A DNA stretch of 64,000 nucleotides, from positions 4,553-68,552 of the forward strand of contig NZ_CAMTIA010000013.1 of assembly GCF_947072475.1 (NCBI RefSeq), in the 5' to 3' direction. This document shows, in pieces, positions 10,894 through 21,502 of the stretch. The notes beneath the pieces were generated by a model. It did not search any database and had not been told where the DNA came from. It saw nothing but the letters and a program-made list of their open reading frames with translations. The stretch's first letter is position 1; every line of letters starts with the position of its first letter. A program made the position numbers and the translations under genes. Source of the stretch: an uncultured Deefgea sp. Lineage in GTDB: Bacteria; Pseudomonadota; Gammaproteobacteria; Burkholderiales; Chitinibacteraceae.

Positions 10894-11672
10894 ATCGAGT
10901 TTGGGTGTTTTTGTTTTGCGCGGTGCTCACGGCTTGCGGTACGGCGCCGGTGGTGACTTCACCTGCACGTATCTTTGCCGAGCGCTCGCACCGTATGGCG
11001 TTGCAGGCAATACAGGATGGACGTATTGAAAGTGCTGAGGGTGAATGGCAGCAGGCGCTGCGTGGATATCAGGCCATAGATGATTGGCGTGGGCAGGGTA
11101 TGGCCAGATTGGGTTTGGCGCAAGCAAGTCAACGTTTGGGGCGTGGTGTTCAGGCTGAGCAAGCTTTGATGCCGATGCTCCAAGAGGGCGAATTTTTGCC
11201 CGATCAGCAAGCGCAGGCTGCTTTGCAGTTGGCGCAACTGGCTGTGCGGCAAGATTTACCCCGTGCCGAGCAGTTATTGGCTCAGGCGCGTTTAAATTGT
11301 GCTGCGCCGTGTTTTCTAGTGGTGCAGATGGATAATTTAGCGGCACAGCTTGCACTTGCGCGAGGTGATGCGTCTGCTGCGGCGCAGTTTGCGGCGCAGG
11401 CGCTCGATGGGGCAAAAGAACTTCCGGCTGAGCGCGCCTTTTCGCGGCGTTTATTGGCGGAGGTGGCCTTGCAGCAAGGGCGCTGGCACGATGCTGAGAG
11501 CCAGTTGATGCAGGCGATTGATTCAGATCGCAACAGTGCCGAGCCTATCTGGTTGCTGGATGATTACCGATTGCTATTACGGATCGCCAAGGAAAAAGGC
11601 GATATTGCGTTGCAAAAGAAGGCGCAGGCGCATTTGGGGTCTTTGTGCGCAGCGATTGAATGTTCGCCTTGA
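10890..11672 (+). CDS. TPR-like lipoprotein
   Basis: ATG at 10890 overlaps the mlaD stop (ATGA). Lipobox FLFCAVLTA-C with +2 Gly; Ala/Leu/Gln helical repeats (WQQALRGYQAID, ARLGLAQA, AEVALQQGRWHDAESQL). Confidence 0.75.
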   Translation: MNRVWVFLFCAVLTACGTAPVVTSPARIFAERSHRMALQAIQDGRIESAEGEWQQALRGYQAIDDWRGQGMARLGLAQASQRLGRGVQAEQALMPMLQEGEFLPDQQAQAALQLAQLAVRQDLPRAEQLLAQARLNCAAPCFLVVQMDNLAAQLALARGDASAAAQFAAQALDGAKELPAERAFSRRLLAEVALQQGRWHDAESQLMQAIDSDRNSAEPIWLLDDYRLLLRIAKEKGDIALQKKAQAHLGSLCAAIECSP

Positions 11673-11697
11673 GTAAAAACTGGATTTCCTATACAAT
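11669..11697 (+). promoter_or_regulatory. Sigma70 promoter of rpsB-tsf
   Basis: TTGAGT (11669-11674) - 17 nt - TACAAT (11692-11697). Confidence 0.7.
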
Positions 11698-11719
11698 ATT
11701 TGGCTTGCTATGTTTGTGT

Positions 11720-11843
11720 TGGTTTAAAATTTCGACATAAGCACAGCTAAAATCCCGTTCGCCCTGTCAAGGGTGCGCTTCAAATGGTTTGAAGCGTCCC
11801 GTGCGAATGGAAGACCTAACCCTAAGACACATTGGAGAATTAA
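11720..11843 (+). ncRNA. rpsB 5' leader (t44 / S2 autoregulatory leader-like)
   Basis: Position between promoter and rpsB; AGGGTGC, perfect hairpin CGCTTCAAA-tgg-TTTGAAGCG (11776-11796) and TGGAAGACCTAACCCT, resembling the TGGAGGCATAACCCC end of the enterobacterial rpsB leader as I recall it. Confidence 0.6.
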
Positions 11844-12569
11844 ATGTCTGTAAGTATGCGCGATATGCTCGAAGCTGGTGTTCACTTTGGCCACCAAACC
11901 CGTTACTGGAACCCGAAAATGGGTAAGTACATCTTCGGTGCACGCAACAAGATTCACATTATCAACTTAGAAAAAACATTACCATTGTTTGAAGACGCGA
12001 TGAAATACATCCGTCAATTGTCTGCAAACAAAGGCAATGTAATGTTTGTTGGTACAAAACGCGCGGCCCGCGAAATCATCGCTGAAGAAGCAGCTCGTGC
12101 AGGCGCTCCTTTCGTTGATCACCGCTGGTTGGGTGGTATGTTGACTAACTTTAAAACAGTTAAGCAATCAATCAAACGCCTGACTGAAATGAAAGCGGTT
12201 CTGGAAAATGCTGAAGGCAGTGGCTACGGCAAGAAAGAATTGTTGATGATGAAACGTGATGTTGAAAAACTAGAGCGCTCATTAGGTGGTATTAAAGAGA
12301 TGGGCGGTTTGCCTGATGCGATTTTCGTTATCGATACTGGCTATCAAAAAGGCGCGATCGTTGAAGCCATTAAATTGGGTATCCCAGTGATTGGCGTTGT
12401 TGATACCAACAACAGCCCAGAAGGTATTGACTTCGTAATCCCTGGTAACGATGATTCTTCACGTGCTATTCGTTTGTACGCTCGTGCTGCTGCTGATGCA
12501 GTACTTGAAGGTCGTAACCAAGCAACACAAGCGTTGGCTGCTGCGGTTGCCGAAGCTGCTGCTGAGTAA
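11844..12569 (+). CDS. rpsB: 30S ribosomal protein S2
   Basis: [48 protein letters not shown]. Confidence 0.99.
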   Translation: MSVSMRDMLEAGVHFGHQTRYWNPKMGKYIFGARNKIHIINLEKTLPLFEDAMKYIRQLSANKGNVMFVGTKRAAREIIAEEAARAGAPFVDHRWLGGMLTNFKTVKQSIKRLTEMKAVLENAEGSGYGKKELLMMKRDVEKLERSLGGIKEMGGLPDAIFVIDTGYQKGAIVEAIKLGIPVIGVVDTNNSPEGIDFVIPGNDDSSRAIRLYARAAADAVLEGRNQATQALAAAVAEAAAE

Positions 12570-12591
12570 GTCGCTCATCGCTGAAACCAAG

Positions 12592-12616
12592 AAAAAGGGG
12601 CGTCTGCCCCTTTTTT
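12592..12616 (+). terminator. Terminator/attenuator hairpin between rpsB and tsf
   Basis: AAAAAGGGGC-gtct-GCCCCTTTTTT. Confidence 0.75.
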
Positions 12617-12663
12617 GTAATGTTTACCGAATAAACTGAAATCCCTATTCAGGAGAATACATA

Positions 12664-13545
12664 ATGTCTATTACTGCAAAAATGGTTGCTGAGCTACGTG
12701 AATTAACCGGCCTTGGCATGATGGAATGCAAGAAAGCTTTGGTTGAAGTTGAGGGCGACATCAAAAAAGCAGAAGAACTATTGCGTATTAAGTCAGGCAA
12801 TAAAGCATCAAAAATGGCTGGTCGTACTGCTGCTGAAGGTGTTATTACCTCGTTTATCTCTGCCGACAAAAAAGTAGGCGCGGTGGTTGAAGTTAACTGC
12901 GAAACAGACTTTGTTGCGAAAGATGATGGTTTTGTTGCTTTTGCTAAAGGCATTGCTCAAGCTGCCGCAGAATCTAATGCCGCTGATGTTGAAGCTTTGT
13001 CTGCCGTTCAATTGGCGACAGGCGAAACCGTTGAAGAAGCACGTAAAGCATTGATCGCTAAACTAGGCGAAAACATGACTGTACGTCGTTTTGCGCGCTA
13101 CGAAACTGAAGGTGAGTTGTCAACGTACTTGCACGGCGCAAAAATCGGTGTGTTGGTCAATTTGATCGGCGGCGACGAAGCTTTGGGTAAAGACATCGCG
13201 ATGCATATCGCTGCGGCAAAACCTAAAGCGTTGGATGCCAGCGGTGTTGATCCTGAGTTGATCGAAACTGAGCGCCGTGTTGCGATCGAACGCGCTAAAG
13301 CGGACAACAAGCCAGAAGAAATGCTCACTAAGATTGCTGACGGTACTGTGAACAAGTTCTTGAAAGACATTACTTTAGTCAACCAAGTGTTTATTAAAGC
13401 CGATGATGGCAAACAAACTATTGAGCAATTGCTGAAATCTAAATCAGCCACAGTAGCTGGTTTCACCATGTTTGTTGTTGGTGAAGGCATTGAGAAAAAA
13501 GTGGTAGATTACGCTGCTGAAGTTGCAGCAGCTGCACAGCTTTAA
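12664..13545 (+). CDS. tsf: Elongation factor Ts
   Basis: [41 protein letters not shown]. Confidence 0.99.
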   Translation: MSITAKMVAELRELTGLGMMECKKALVEVEGDIKKAEELLRIKSGNKASKMAGRTAAEGVITSFISADKKVGAVVEVNCETDFVAKDDGFVAFAKGIAQAAAESNAADVEALSAVQLATGETVEEARKALIAKLGENMTVRRFARYETEGELSTYLHGAKIGVLVNLIGGDEALGKDIAMHIAAAKPKALDASGVDPELIETERRVAIERAKADNKPEEMLTKIADGTVNKFLKDITLVNQVFIKADDGKQTIEQLLKSKSATVAGFTMFVVGEGIEKKVVDYAAEVAAAAQL

Positions 13546-13568
13546 GTCTAGTCTTAGGCTTTGAAATG

Positions 13569-13596
13569 ACGCCGCACGGTGACGTGCGGCGTTTGT
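13569..13596 (+). terminator. Hairpin after tsf (probable terminator)
   Basis: ACGCCGCAC-ggtgac-GTGCGGCGT followed by TTGT (short U-tract). Confidence 0.55.
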
Positions 13597-13631
13597 ACGA
13601 CCACGACCACGCACTGTAAAAGGATAAATAC

Positions 13632-14351
13632 ATGAGTCAAACCACAAAATACAAACGCATTTTGTTGAAGCTCTCCGGTGAAGCCTTAATGGGGGATGAT
13701 AGCTACGGCATTAACCGAGCTACGATCGACCGGATTGTGCAGGAAGTGAAAAGCGTTGTTGATTTGGGCGTTCAAGTCGCTATCGTCATCGGTGGTGGCA
13801 ATATTTTTCGCGGCGTTGCGCCTGCAGCGTCGGGCATGGATCGCGCTACTGCTGATTACATGGGGATGCTGGCCACCGTCATGAATGCATTGGCATTGCA
13901 AGATGCGATGAAGCGTGCAGGCATTATTTCACGTGTTCAATCTGCGCTGACCATCGCTCAGGTTGCCGAGCCGTATGTTCGCGGTAAGGCCATTCAATAT
14001 CTAGAAGAAAATAAAGTTGTTATTTTTGGTGCCGGTACGGGTAATCCATTTTTTACCACCGACACTGCAGCTGCGCTGCGTGGCATGGAAATGGGCGCTG
14101 ATATCGTCATCAAGGCGACCAAAGTGGATGGCGTTTATACCGATGATCCTAAAAAGAATCCGGATGCCATTCGTTATCAAACTGTGACGTTTGATGAAGT
14201 CATTGGTCGTAATTTGAAGGTCATGGATGCGACGGCATTTGCTTTGTGCCGCGATCAGAAAATGAATATTTGCGTATTAAGCATCTTTAAAGCCGGCGCA
14301 TTAAAGCGTATGGTGCTTGGGGAAGATGAGGGTACGCTGGTACACTGCTAA
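13632..14351 (+). CDS. pyrH: UMP kinase
   Basis: [46 protein letters not shown]. Confidence 0.99.
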   Translation: MSQTTKYKRILLKLSGEALMGDDSYGINRATIDRIVQEVKSVVDLGVQVAIVIGGGNIFRGVAPAASGMDRATADYMGMLATVMNALALQDAMKRAGIISRVQSALTIAQVAEPYVRGKAIQYLEENKVVIFGAGTGNPFFTTDTAAALRGMEMGADIVIKATKVDGVYTDDPKKNPDAIRYQTVTFDEVIGRNLKVMDATAFALCRDQKMNICVLSIFKAGALKRMVLGEDEGTLVHC

Positions 14352-14371
14352 GCGTATTGATTCGCAGGGCG

Positions 14372-14404
14372 ACGGGCGGAGCGATGTTCCGCCTGTTTTT
14401 TATT
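14372..14404 (+). terminator. Terminator-like hairpin between pyrH and frr
   Basis: ACGGGCGGAG-cgatg-TTCCGCCTGT (two G-U pairs) followed by TTTTTTATT. Confidence 0.6.
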
Positions 14405-14418
14405 GCAGCAAGAGGTAA

Positions 14419-14979
14419 ATGATGATTGCAGATCTAAAGAAAACCACCGAAGCCAAAATGCAAAAAACGGCTGAAAAACTACGCACGGACTTGGCTAAGG
14501 TTCGTACTGGGCGTGCTCATACGGGCTTGCTAGATCATGTACAGGTGGATTACTGGGGCAGTATGGTACCAGTGAGTCAGGTTGCGAATGTGACGCTGAT
14601 TGATTCACGTACGATTGGTGTGCAGCCGTGGGAAAAACCGATGGTGGCTAAGGTTGAAAAGGCCATTCGTGATTGTGATTTGGGCTTAAACCCCGCCTCG
14701 CAAGGTGATTTGATTCGCGTGCCGATGCCGATGCTGACTGAAGAGCGTCGTAAAGATTTAATTAAAGTGGTGCGCAATGAAACCGAAGAAGCACGGGTTG
14801 CACTGCGTAATGTACGCCGCGATGCCAATGATCAAATGAAGCGCGCGCTCAAGGATAAAGACATTTCTGAAGATGACGAGCGTCGCGGTCAGGATGACGT
14901 GCAAAAACTGACTGACAAATATATTGCAGAGCTCGATAAGCAGCTTGCAGATAAAGAAAAAGAACTTTTGACGGTATAA
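14419..14979 (+). CDS. frr: Ribosome recycling factor
   Basis: [38 protein letters not shown]. Confidence 0.99.
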   Translation: MMIADLKKTTEAKMQKTAEKLRTDLAKVRTGRAHTGLLDHVQVDYWGSMVPVSQVANVTLIDSRTIGVQPWEKPMVAKVEKAIRDCDLGLNPASQGDLIRVPMPMLTEERRKDLIKVVRNETEEARVALRNVRRDANDQMKRALKDKDISEDDERRGQDDVQKLTDKYIAELDKQLADKEKELLTV

Positions 14980-15007
14980 AAGTCGATTTGATTAGGCGGT
15001 AAGAAAC

Positions 15008-15766
15008 GTGGCTTTATTCTCTCGCGAACGCGAAGAACCCAAGGTTTTAGCGGGTAAAATTCCTCAACATATTGCGGTCATTATGGATGGTAACGGACGC
15101 TGGGCTAAACAGCGTCTGATGCCCCGTGTTTATGGGCATAAAAAGGGGGTTGATTCTTTGCGTGAGGTGATTAGCACCTGCAAAGAATTGGGCGTGCAAT
15201 GCCTGACTGTTTTTGCTTTTTCGAGTGAAAACTGGCGTCGCCCTGAGGAAGAAGTCACGTTTTTGATGGGGCTGTTTTTGCAAGTCTTGCAAACTGAAGT
15301 TGAGCGGATGTATCGCAACAATATTCAATTAAAAATCATTGGTAATCGCTGTCATTTTTCGGCTGAATTATTAACGATGATTGAAAATGCAGAAGCTAAA
15401 ACGGCAGGCAATGATGGTTTAATGCTGACCATTGCGGCCGATTACGGTGGGCATTGGGATGTGCTGCAAGCAACGCATCGCTTGCTGGCTGAGCATCCTG
15501 AGCGAGCTTGCGAGTTTGGCGAAGAAGACTTGAAGCCTTATCTGGCGATGGCTTATGCGCCCGATCCTGATCTATTTATCCGTACTGGTGGTGAGCAAAG
15601 AATAAGTAATTTCTTGCTATGGCAGTTGGCCTACACCGAACTTTATTTTACTGATTTGCCTTGGCCGGACTTTGGTCGTGAGCCTTTGCTGGATGCCATT
15701 GCATGGTATCAAGGGCGAGAGCGACGCTTTGGGCGTATCAGTGAACAACTAGATGAATCAAAATAA
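15008..15766 (+). CDS. uppS: Undecaprenyl diphosphate synthase
   Basis: HIAVIMDGNGRWA, FAFSSENWRRP, PDLFIRTGGEQRISNFLLWQLAYTEL. Confidence 0.98.
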   Translation: MALFSREREEPKVLAGKIPQHIAVIMDGNGRWAKQRLMPRVYGHKKGVDSLREVISTCKELGVQCLTVFAFSSENWRRPEEEVTFLMGLFLQVLQTEVERMYRNNIQLKIIGNRCHFSAELLTMIENAEAKTAGNDGLMLTIAADYGGHWDVLQATHRLLAEHPERACEFGEEDLKPYLAMAYAPDPDLFIRTGGEQRISNFLLWQLAYTELYFTDLPWPDFGREPLLDAIAWYQGRERRFGRISEQLDESK

Positions 15767-15776
15767 ATAATTATAT

Positions 15777-16604
15777 ATGCTGAAAACCCGTGTTTTAACT
15801 ACGTTACTGTTGTTGCCGCTGGTTTTAGCAGCGCTGTTTTTATTGCCACCAATGGGGTGGACTGTGTTTTGCGCCCTCCTAATGGGGCTGGCCGCTTGGG
15901 AATGGAAAAATCTAGTCGGTATGCATGGCCGTTTTTCCAAGTGTTACCCCCTGTTGACGGCGGTTTTGTTTTTGCTCTGCTCTCGTTTTGCGCCCATTCA
16001 TTTTATTTATGGTTTGTTGTTGGCATCGATGGTTTTTTGGCTGTGTTTGGTGCCATTCTGGCTGAAATTTAAATGGCCTTTAAATTCAGTGGGCAATCTA
16101 AATGCTTTTAGCGGTTGGGCATTATTGATCCCTGCCGGTCTTGCGATGATTGTATTGCGCGGCAATGGTTGGCCCTTATTGTGTGTAATGGCCATTGCTT
16201 GGGTCGCCGACTCATTTGCGTATTTTTCTGGCAAGCAATTTGGCAAAAAAAAATTAGCGCCCAATATCAGCCCAGGTAAAAGTTGGGAGGGGGTATATGG
16301 TGGCGCACTGGCTGTTGTCTGCTATTGCCTGCTTATACCCAAGCCATTTCTATTGTTACCCAGCATTGTTGTTTTACAAAGCCAAACCGCACAAATGGTC
16401 GTATGGGCTGTTTTTGCGTTGGTGCTCACCGCTGCGAGCGTGATGGGTGACTTGCTTGAGTCTTTATTAAAGCGTCAGCGCGGTATCAAAGACAGCAGTC
16501 ATTTATTGCCAGGACATGGCGGCATATTGGATCGTGTCGATAGTTTGTTGGCCATCTTACCCATCTCTGCGGCGATTTACTTACTCCACCTTATGCCTTT
16601 GTAA
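15777..16604 (+). CDS. cdsA: Phosphatidate cytidylyltransferase
   Basis: Multi-TM; ADSFAYF.G..FGKKKLAPNISPGKSWEG and GDLLESLLKR..GIKDSSHLLPGHGGILDRVDS. Confidence 0.97.
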   Translation: MLKTRVLTTLLLLPLVLAALFLLPPMGWTVFCALLMGLAAWEWKNLVGMHGRFSKCYPLLTAVLFLLCSRFAPIHFIYGLLLASMVFWLCLVPFWLKFKWPLNSVGNLNAFSGWALLIPAGLAMIVLRGNGWPLLCVMAIAWVADSFAYFSGKQFGKKKLAPNISPGKSWEGVYGGALAVVCYCLLIPKPFLLLPSIVVLQSQTAQMVVWAVFALVLTAASVMGDLLESLLKRQRGIKDSSHLLPGHGGILDRVDSLLAILPISAAIYLLHLMPL

Positions 16605-16622
16605 AAAAGCGATTGGATAATC

Positions 16623-17831
16623 ATGCAGCAACAAATTGTCACTATTCTCGGTGCGACGGGCAGTATTGGTAGTAACACATTGGACGTCATTGGGCGTCAC
16701 CCTGAGCGTTATCGCGTTTATGCGCTGAGCGCCGCGACGCAAATTGATAAGTTACTTGCTGCGTGTGAAACCCATCGCCCTTTGCATGCTGTTGTGCTGG
16801 ACGAGCAAAGTGCCGAACGCTTAAAAAAAGGTTTAATTGCGCGTGGTTTAAGCACTGAAGTCAGTTATGGCCCTCAAGCCTTGGTGCAAATTTCAACCGC
16901 GCCGGAAGTGACCACAGTGATGGCGGCGATTGTAGGTGCGGCGGGGATGTCGGCAACGCTGGCTGCGGCACAAGTAGGCAAGCGGGTCTTGCTGGCCAAT
17001 AAAGAAACCTTAGTCTTGGCGGGGCAATTATTTATGGACGCCGTGGCACGCTCAGGCAGCGTGTTATTGCCGATTGACAGTGAACACAATGCGATTTTTC
17101 AATCGTTACCTCCTTTTTATCGAGAAAATCCTTACGCCTATACCTTGGCAGATGCCGGAATTGAAAAGATTTTACTGACAGCATCGGGCGGCCCATTTCG
17201 GACTCGTGAGCTGGATACTTTTTCGCAAATTACCGCCGCAGAAGCAGTGAAGCATCCGAATTGGTCAATGGGGCGAAAAATCTCAGTCGATTCGGCCAGC
17301 ATGATGAATAAAGGACTTGAAGTCATTGAGGCGCGCTGGTTATTTAATGCCCCAGCTGAACAGATTGAGGTGGTGGTTCATCCACAAAGTGTGGTCCATT
17401 CCATGGTGCAATACCGTGATGGATCGGTGATGGCGCAATTGGGTTCGCCCGATATGCGCACGCCCATTGCTTATGGCTTGGCTTATCCTGAGCGCATTGC
17501 TGCCGGCGTGAAGGCATTAGATTTATTTTCGGTCGGCCGGTTGGATTTTACTGCGCCGGACTTTGCGCGGTTTCCTTGTTTAAATTTGGCGTATGAGGCG
17601 CTTAAAGCCGGCGGTGCTGCGCCAGCGGTGCTTAATGCCGCCAATGAGGTTGCGGTGGCGGCCTTTTTAGAATCGACGATTTTGTTCACTCAAATCCCAC
17701 ACGTGATTGAAAGCACACTGAGTCAATTGGCGCTGCGGCCGGCCGGCAATATTGAAGAGTTGCTCGATGTTGACGCTCAATCACGGTGTGTTGCGCAAGA
17801 AATTGTTCTGCAAATGGGTGGTACATGCTAA
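16623..17831 (+). CDS. dxr: 1-deoxy-D-xylulose 5-phosphate reductoisomerase
   Basis: ILGATGSIG, LANKE, PIDSEH, LTASGGPF, HPNWSMGRKISVDSA. Confidence 0.99.
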   Translation: MQQQIVTILGATGSIGSNTLDVIGRHPERYRVYALSAATQIDKLLAACETHRPLHAVVLDEQSAERLKKGLIARGLSTEVSYGPQALVQISTAPEVTTVMAAIVGAAGMSATLAAAQVGKRVLLANKETLVLAGQLFMDAVARSGSVLLPIDSEHNAIFQSLPPFYRENPYAYTLADAGIEKILLTASGGPFRTRELDTFSQITAAEAVKHPNWSMGRKISVDSASMMNKGLEVIEARWLFNAPAEQIEVVVHPQSVVHSMVQYRDGSVMAQLGSPDMRTPIAYGLAYPERIAAGVKALDLFSVGRLDFTAPDFARFPCLNLAYEALKAGGAAPAVLNAANEVAVAAFLESTILFTQIPHVIESTLSQLALRPAGNIEELLDVDAQSRCVAQEIVLQMGGTC

Positions 17832-19168
17832 CTTTATTTGCATTTATTGTTGCGATTGGTCTACTGGTATTCATTCACGAGTTCGGTCACTATTGGGCTG
17901 CAAGGCGATGCGGGGTAGGGGTATTAACTTTTTCCATTGGATTTGGTCGGCCAATTTATCAGTGGAAGCGCGGTCTAACCACTTGGCAAATCGCCCTCAT
18001 TCCTTTGGGTGGCTACGTCAAGATGCTCGATGAGTCTGAAGGTGAGGTGGCGCCAGAGTTGCGTCAATTTGCCTTTAATACCCAGCATCCAGCAAAAAAA
18101 ATGGCCATCGCCTTTGCCGGTCCTTTTGCCAATTTATTATTGGCCTCACTGATTTATGCCGGACTTTATGCCTACGGTGTCGTGACGTTAAAGCCATTGA
18201 TCGGCACCGTGGCCATAGAAAGCATTGCCGCAAAAGCGGGTTTACGCGCCGGTGATGTGCTACAGCGCGTTAACGGTGATGCGGTGCAAAGCTGGGATCA
18301 GGCGCAAGTGAGTGTATTTGGTGCAGCGAGCCAGAGTGAACTTAAACTGGATGTCGATACGCCGCAGGGCGAACGATCGATGACTTTGGATTTGCGCTCA
18401 TTAAGTAGTGAAGACTTTGATCAGCACATTTTGAGCCGTTTAGGGCTCTCGCCATATGCCACGACCACTCAAATAGCCTATGTGCAAGAAAAAGGCGCGG
18501 CAGCGCGCGCGGGGCTGCAAGTGGGCGACGTGGCGTTGCTGCTCAATCAGCAGCCCTTGGCCTCATGGTTGGATTTCCAACGTTACATTGTTCAAAACCC
18601 CAGCCAGCCTTTTGAACTACAAGTTCGGCGTGGCGCACAAACATTGGATTTGACGATCACGCCGGATGTCATTGATAAAGACGGTAAAAAAATAGGCCGA
18701 ATCGGCGTCAGTCCCACCAATGATGCCGCTTGGTATCAAAGCATGCAGCAAACCATTCAATTGTCGCCCGTGCAAGCCTTGTTGGCAGGGGTGGAGAAAA
18801 CCTATGATTTGTCGATTTTGACCGTGAAAATGTTCGGAAAAATGTTGATCGGTGCCATTTCGCCAAAACAAATCAGTGGCCCATTGGGGATTGCTGAATT
18901 TGCCGGTCAGAGTGCAGCAATGGGCTGGGTAGCTTACCTGCAGTGTTTGGCCTTAATCAGTGTCAGCTTGGGTGTGCTTAATTTGATGCCAGTACCGATT
19001 TTGGATGGCGGTCATTTGCTGTATCATGGCTACGAATTGCTCACTGGGCGCACTATTGCTGTTTGGCTTACGGTGATTTTGCAAAAAATTGGCATTTTTT
19101 TATTGCTGATGTTAATGGCGTTGGCGTTATTTAATGACGCTCAGCGCTTCTTGTTTGGCTTAGGCTAA
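17825..19168 (+). CDS. rseP: RIP metalloprotease RseP
   Basis: Likely start ATG 17825 overlapping the dxr stop; HEFGH zinc motif, GGYVKM, two PDZ-like segments, NLMPVPILDGGH. Confidence 0.97.
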   Translation: MLTLFAFIVAIGLLVFIHEFGHYWAARRCGVGVLTFSIGFGRPIYQWKRGLTTWQIALIPLGGYVKMLDESEGEVAPELRQFAFNTQHPAKKMAIAFAGPFANLLLASLIYAGLYAYGVVTLKPLIGTVAIESIAAKAGLRAGDVLQRVNGDAVQSWDQAQVSVFGAASQSELKLDVDTPQGERSMTLDLRSLSSEDFDQHILSRLGLSPYATTTQIAYVQEKGAAARAGLQVGDVALLLNQQPLASWLDFQRYIVQNPSQPFELQVRRGAQTLDLTITPDVIDKDGKKIGRIGVSPTNDAAWYQSMQQTIQLSPVQALLAGVEKTYDLSILTVKMFGKMLIGAISPKQISGPLGIAEFAGQSAAMGWVAYLQCLALISVSLGVLNLMPVPILDGGHLLYHGYELLTGRTIAVWLTVILQKIGIFLLLMLMALALFNDAQRFLFGLG

Positions 19169-19194
19169 TCTCTAACCTGTTGACGAATCGACCG

Positions 19195-21489
19195 ATGAAA
19201 TTTAAACCTATGTACGTGCTGGTCGCAGCGGCGTTTGCCAGCATCAGCCTTGCTGCTCAAGCTTTTAACCCTATCACTGTCCAGGATATCCGAGTTGAAG
19301 GTTTACAAAGAACCGATCCTGGAACGGTATTTAATTACCTCACGGTGAAAGTGGGGGATAAATTTGATGAAACTCAGGCCAGTGAAGCCATTCGTGCTTT
19401 ATTTGCAACTGGGTTTTTTGATGATGTTCGTATCGAAGTCGACAAAAATGTAATCGTCATTACGGTTGAAGAGCGCCCGACAGTGGCGCAAATTAATGTC
19501 AATGGCGCCAAGCTCTTAGAAAAAGAACAAGTTAAAGCGGCATTTAAAGGACAAAATCTGGCCGAAGGGCGGATTTTTCAGCAAGAGGTGTTAGATGCTG
19601 CGGTCAATGAATTAAAGCAGCAGTATTATGCCCGCGGCCGTTATTCGGTCGATGTGAAAACCACGGTGACAAAATTAGATCGTAATCGTGTCGGGGTGCA
19701 AGTCGATATTGCTGAGGGTGATGTTGCTAAAATTAAATCAATTAATTTTGTCGGTAATAAAGTTTACTCGCAAGATGATTTAATTAGCCAAATGTCACTG
19801 ACTACGCCAACGTGGATGACGTGGTATACCAAAACCGACCAATATTCAAAGCCAAAATTTGGTGCTGATTTAGAGGCGATCAAGTCACTGTATCTTGATA
19901 ATGGCTATTTAAATTTTGCGATTGAATCAACACAAGTCGCTTTATCTGAAGACAAAGCCGATGTGTTTTTGACCATTAATTTGCGTGAAGGTGATTTATA
20001 TCGCACCGGTGATATTAGTTTTGCCGGTAATTTTGATTTACCAGAGGCAGAATTAAAAGCTTTAGTTGCTGCAGAGACCGGTGAAATCTTTTCTCGCGAC
20101 ACCATTAATAAAACCACTGCAGCAATCTCAGATCGTCTGGGTAAAGAAGGGCATGCATTTCCGAATGTAAATGCGGTGCCAACGATTGATGAAGCGAAAA
20201 AAACAGTCGCATTTACTTTCTTTGTTGATCCTGGCAAAAAAACATCAGTTCGACGCGTTAATATTTATGGAAATAATTTAACCAAAGACGAAGTGCTGCG
20301 CCGTGAAGTGCGCCAAATGGAGTCTGCTGAATATAATTTGGCCGACATCAAACGAACCAAAGAGCGTTTGCAACAACTCGATTTCTTTAGCGAAGTGAAT
20401 ATTGATACCCCTGTCGTACCGGAAAGTTCGGACTTAGTGGATATGAATATTAATGTCGTTGAAAAGAAAACCGGTAACTTAAATTTCGGTGTTGGTTACG
20501 GGCAAGGCGAAGGGGCTTTATTTCAAGCTTCTATTTCTCAAGCTAACTTCTTGGGCACCGGCAAACGATTCTCTGCTGAAGTGAATACCAGTCAAGCCTC
20601 TAAAGTATTGGCATTTGGGATGAATAATCCATACGCCACACCCGATGGTGTTTCTTTTGGTTGGACGGCTTATTTACGTGATACTGATCCAGGTGTGATG
20701 GATTTAGGGCAATATCAAACGCAATCAAAAGGGGTCGGATTTAATTTTGGCATGCCAACTACTGAATACAATTCAATTGGTTTGGGTATCAATGCTGAAA
20801 TTATGGACTTCAAAGTATCAGAGCTCTCTCCTGATTATGTGCTTGATTACATTAAAGAGTATGGTAAAAGCGCCGCGATTTATTCGTTAAATGCCAATTG
20901 GGCCACTGATTCTCGTGATTCTGCGGTATTTCCAACCAAAGGCTTTTTGTTTAAGACTTCTGCAGAGTTAGGCGTTCCTCCGTCAGATATTAATTATTAT
21001 AAATTAAATTTACAGAGCCAATATTTCTACTCGCTACCGACTAAAAAACCATTTACATTTATGTGGAATATGGAAGTAGGTTACGGTGGATCTTATGGCG
21101 ATTCGAATGAATATCCATTCTATAAAAACTTCTATGCCGGTGGTGTGAATTCGGTTCGAGGTTATAAATCAGGTAGTTTAGGGCCGATTGATAACACCGA
21201 TAACAGCATGGGTGGCTCGACGCGATTTGTGAATAATTTTGAAGTCTTTGCACCAGTTCCTGGCATGAAAGACGATAAATCAATGCGCTTAAGTGCTTTT
21301 TATGATGCGGGTAATGTTTGGGGTTATGATCAAGACATTACTTTTAGTTCGATTCAACATTCAGTCGGTGTTGGTTTTACTTGGATTTCGCCAATTGGCC
21401 CACTGAAACTCATTTATGCACATCCGATTAATCCATCAGCGACCGCAAAAACTGAATCGATTCAGTTCCAAATTGGCCAGCTATTTTAA
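19195..21489 (+). CDS. bamA: Outer-membrane protein assembly factor BamA
   Basis: Signal peptide; POTRA motifs (IRVEGLQR, LFATGFF, ERP); barrel loop-6 motif SVRGY; C-terminal FQIGQLF. Start set at ATG 19195. Confidence 0.98.
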   Translation: MKFKPMYVLVAAAFASISLAAQAFNPITVQDIRVEGLQRTDPGTVFNYLTVKVGDKFDETQASEAIRALFATGFFDDVRIEVDKNVIVITVEERPTVAQINVNGAKLLEKEQVKAAFKGQNLAEGRIFQQEVLDAAVNELKQQYYARGRYSVDVKTTVTKLDRNRVGVQVDIAEGDVAKIKSINFVGNKVYSQDDLISQMSLTTPTWMTWYTKTDQYSKPKFGADLEAIKSLYLDNGYLNFAIESTQVALSEDKADVFLTINLREGDLYRTGDISFAGNFDLPEAELKALVAAETGEIFSRDTINKTTAAISDRLGKEGHAFPNVNAVPTIDEAKKTVAFTFFVDPGKKTSVRRVNIYGNNLTKDEVLRREVRQMESAEYNLADIKRTKERLQQLDFFSEVNIDTPVVPESSDLVDMNINVVEKKTGNLNFGVGYGQGEGALFQASISQANFLGTGKRFSAEVNTSQASKVLAFGMNNPYATPDGVSFGWTAYLRDTDPGVMDLGQYQTQSKGVGFNFGMPTTEYNSIGLGINAEIMDFKVSELSPDYVLDYIKEYGKSAAIYSLNANWATDSRDSAVFPTKGFLFKTSAELGVPPSDINYYKLNLQSQYFYSLPTKKPFTFMWNMEVGYGGSYGDSNEYPFYKNFYAGGVNSVRGYKSGSLGPIDNTDNSMGGSTRFVNNFEVFAPVPGMKDDKSMRLSAFYDAGNVWGYDQDITFSSIQHSVGVGFTWISPIGPLKLIYAHPINPSATAKTESIQFQIGQLF

Positions 21490-21502
21490 AGAGATGAGAA
21501 CA

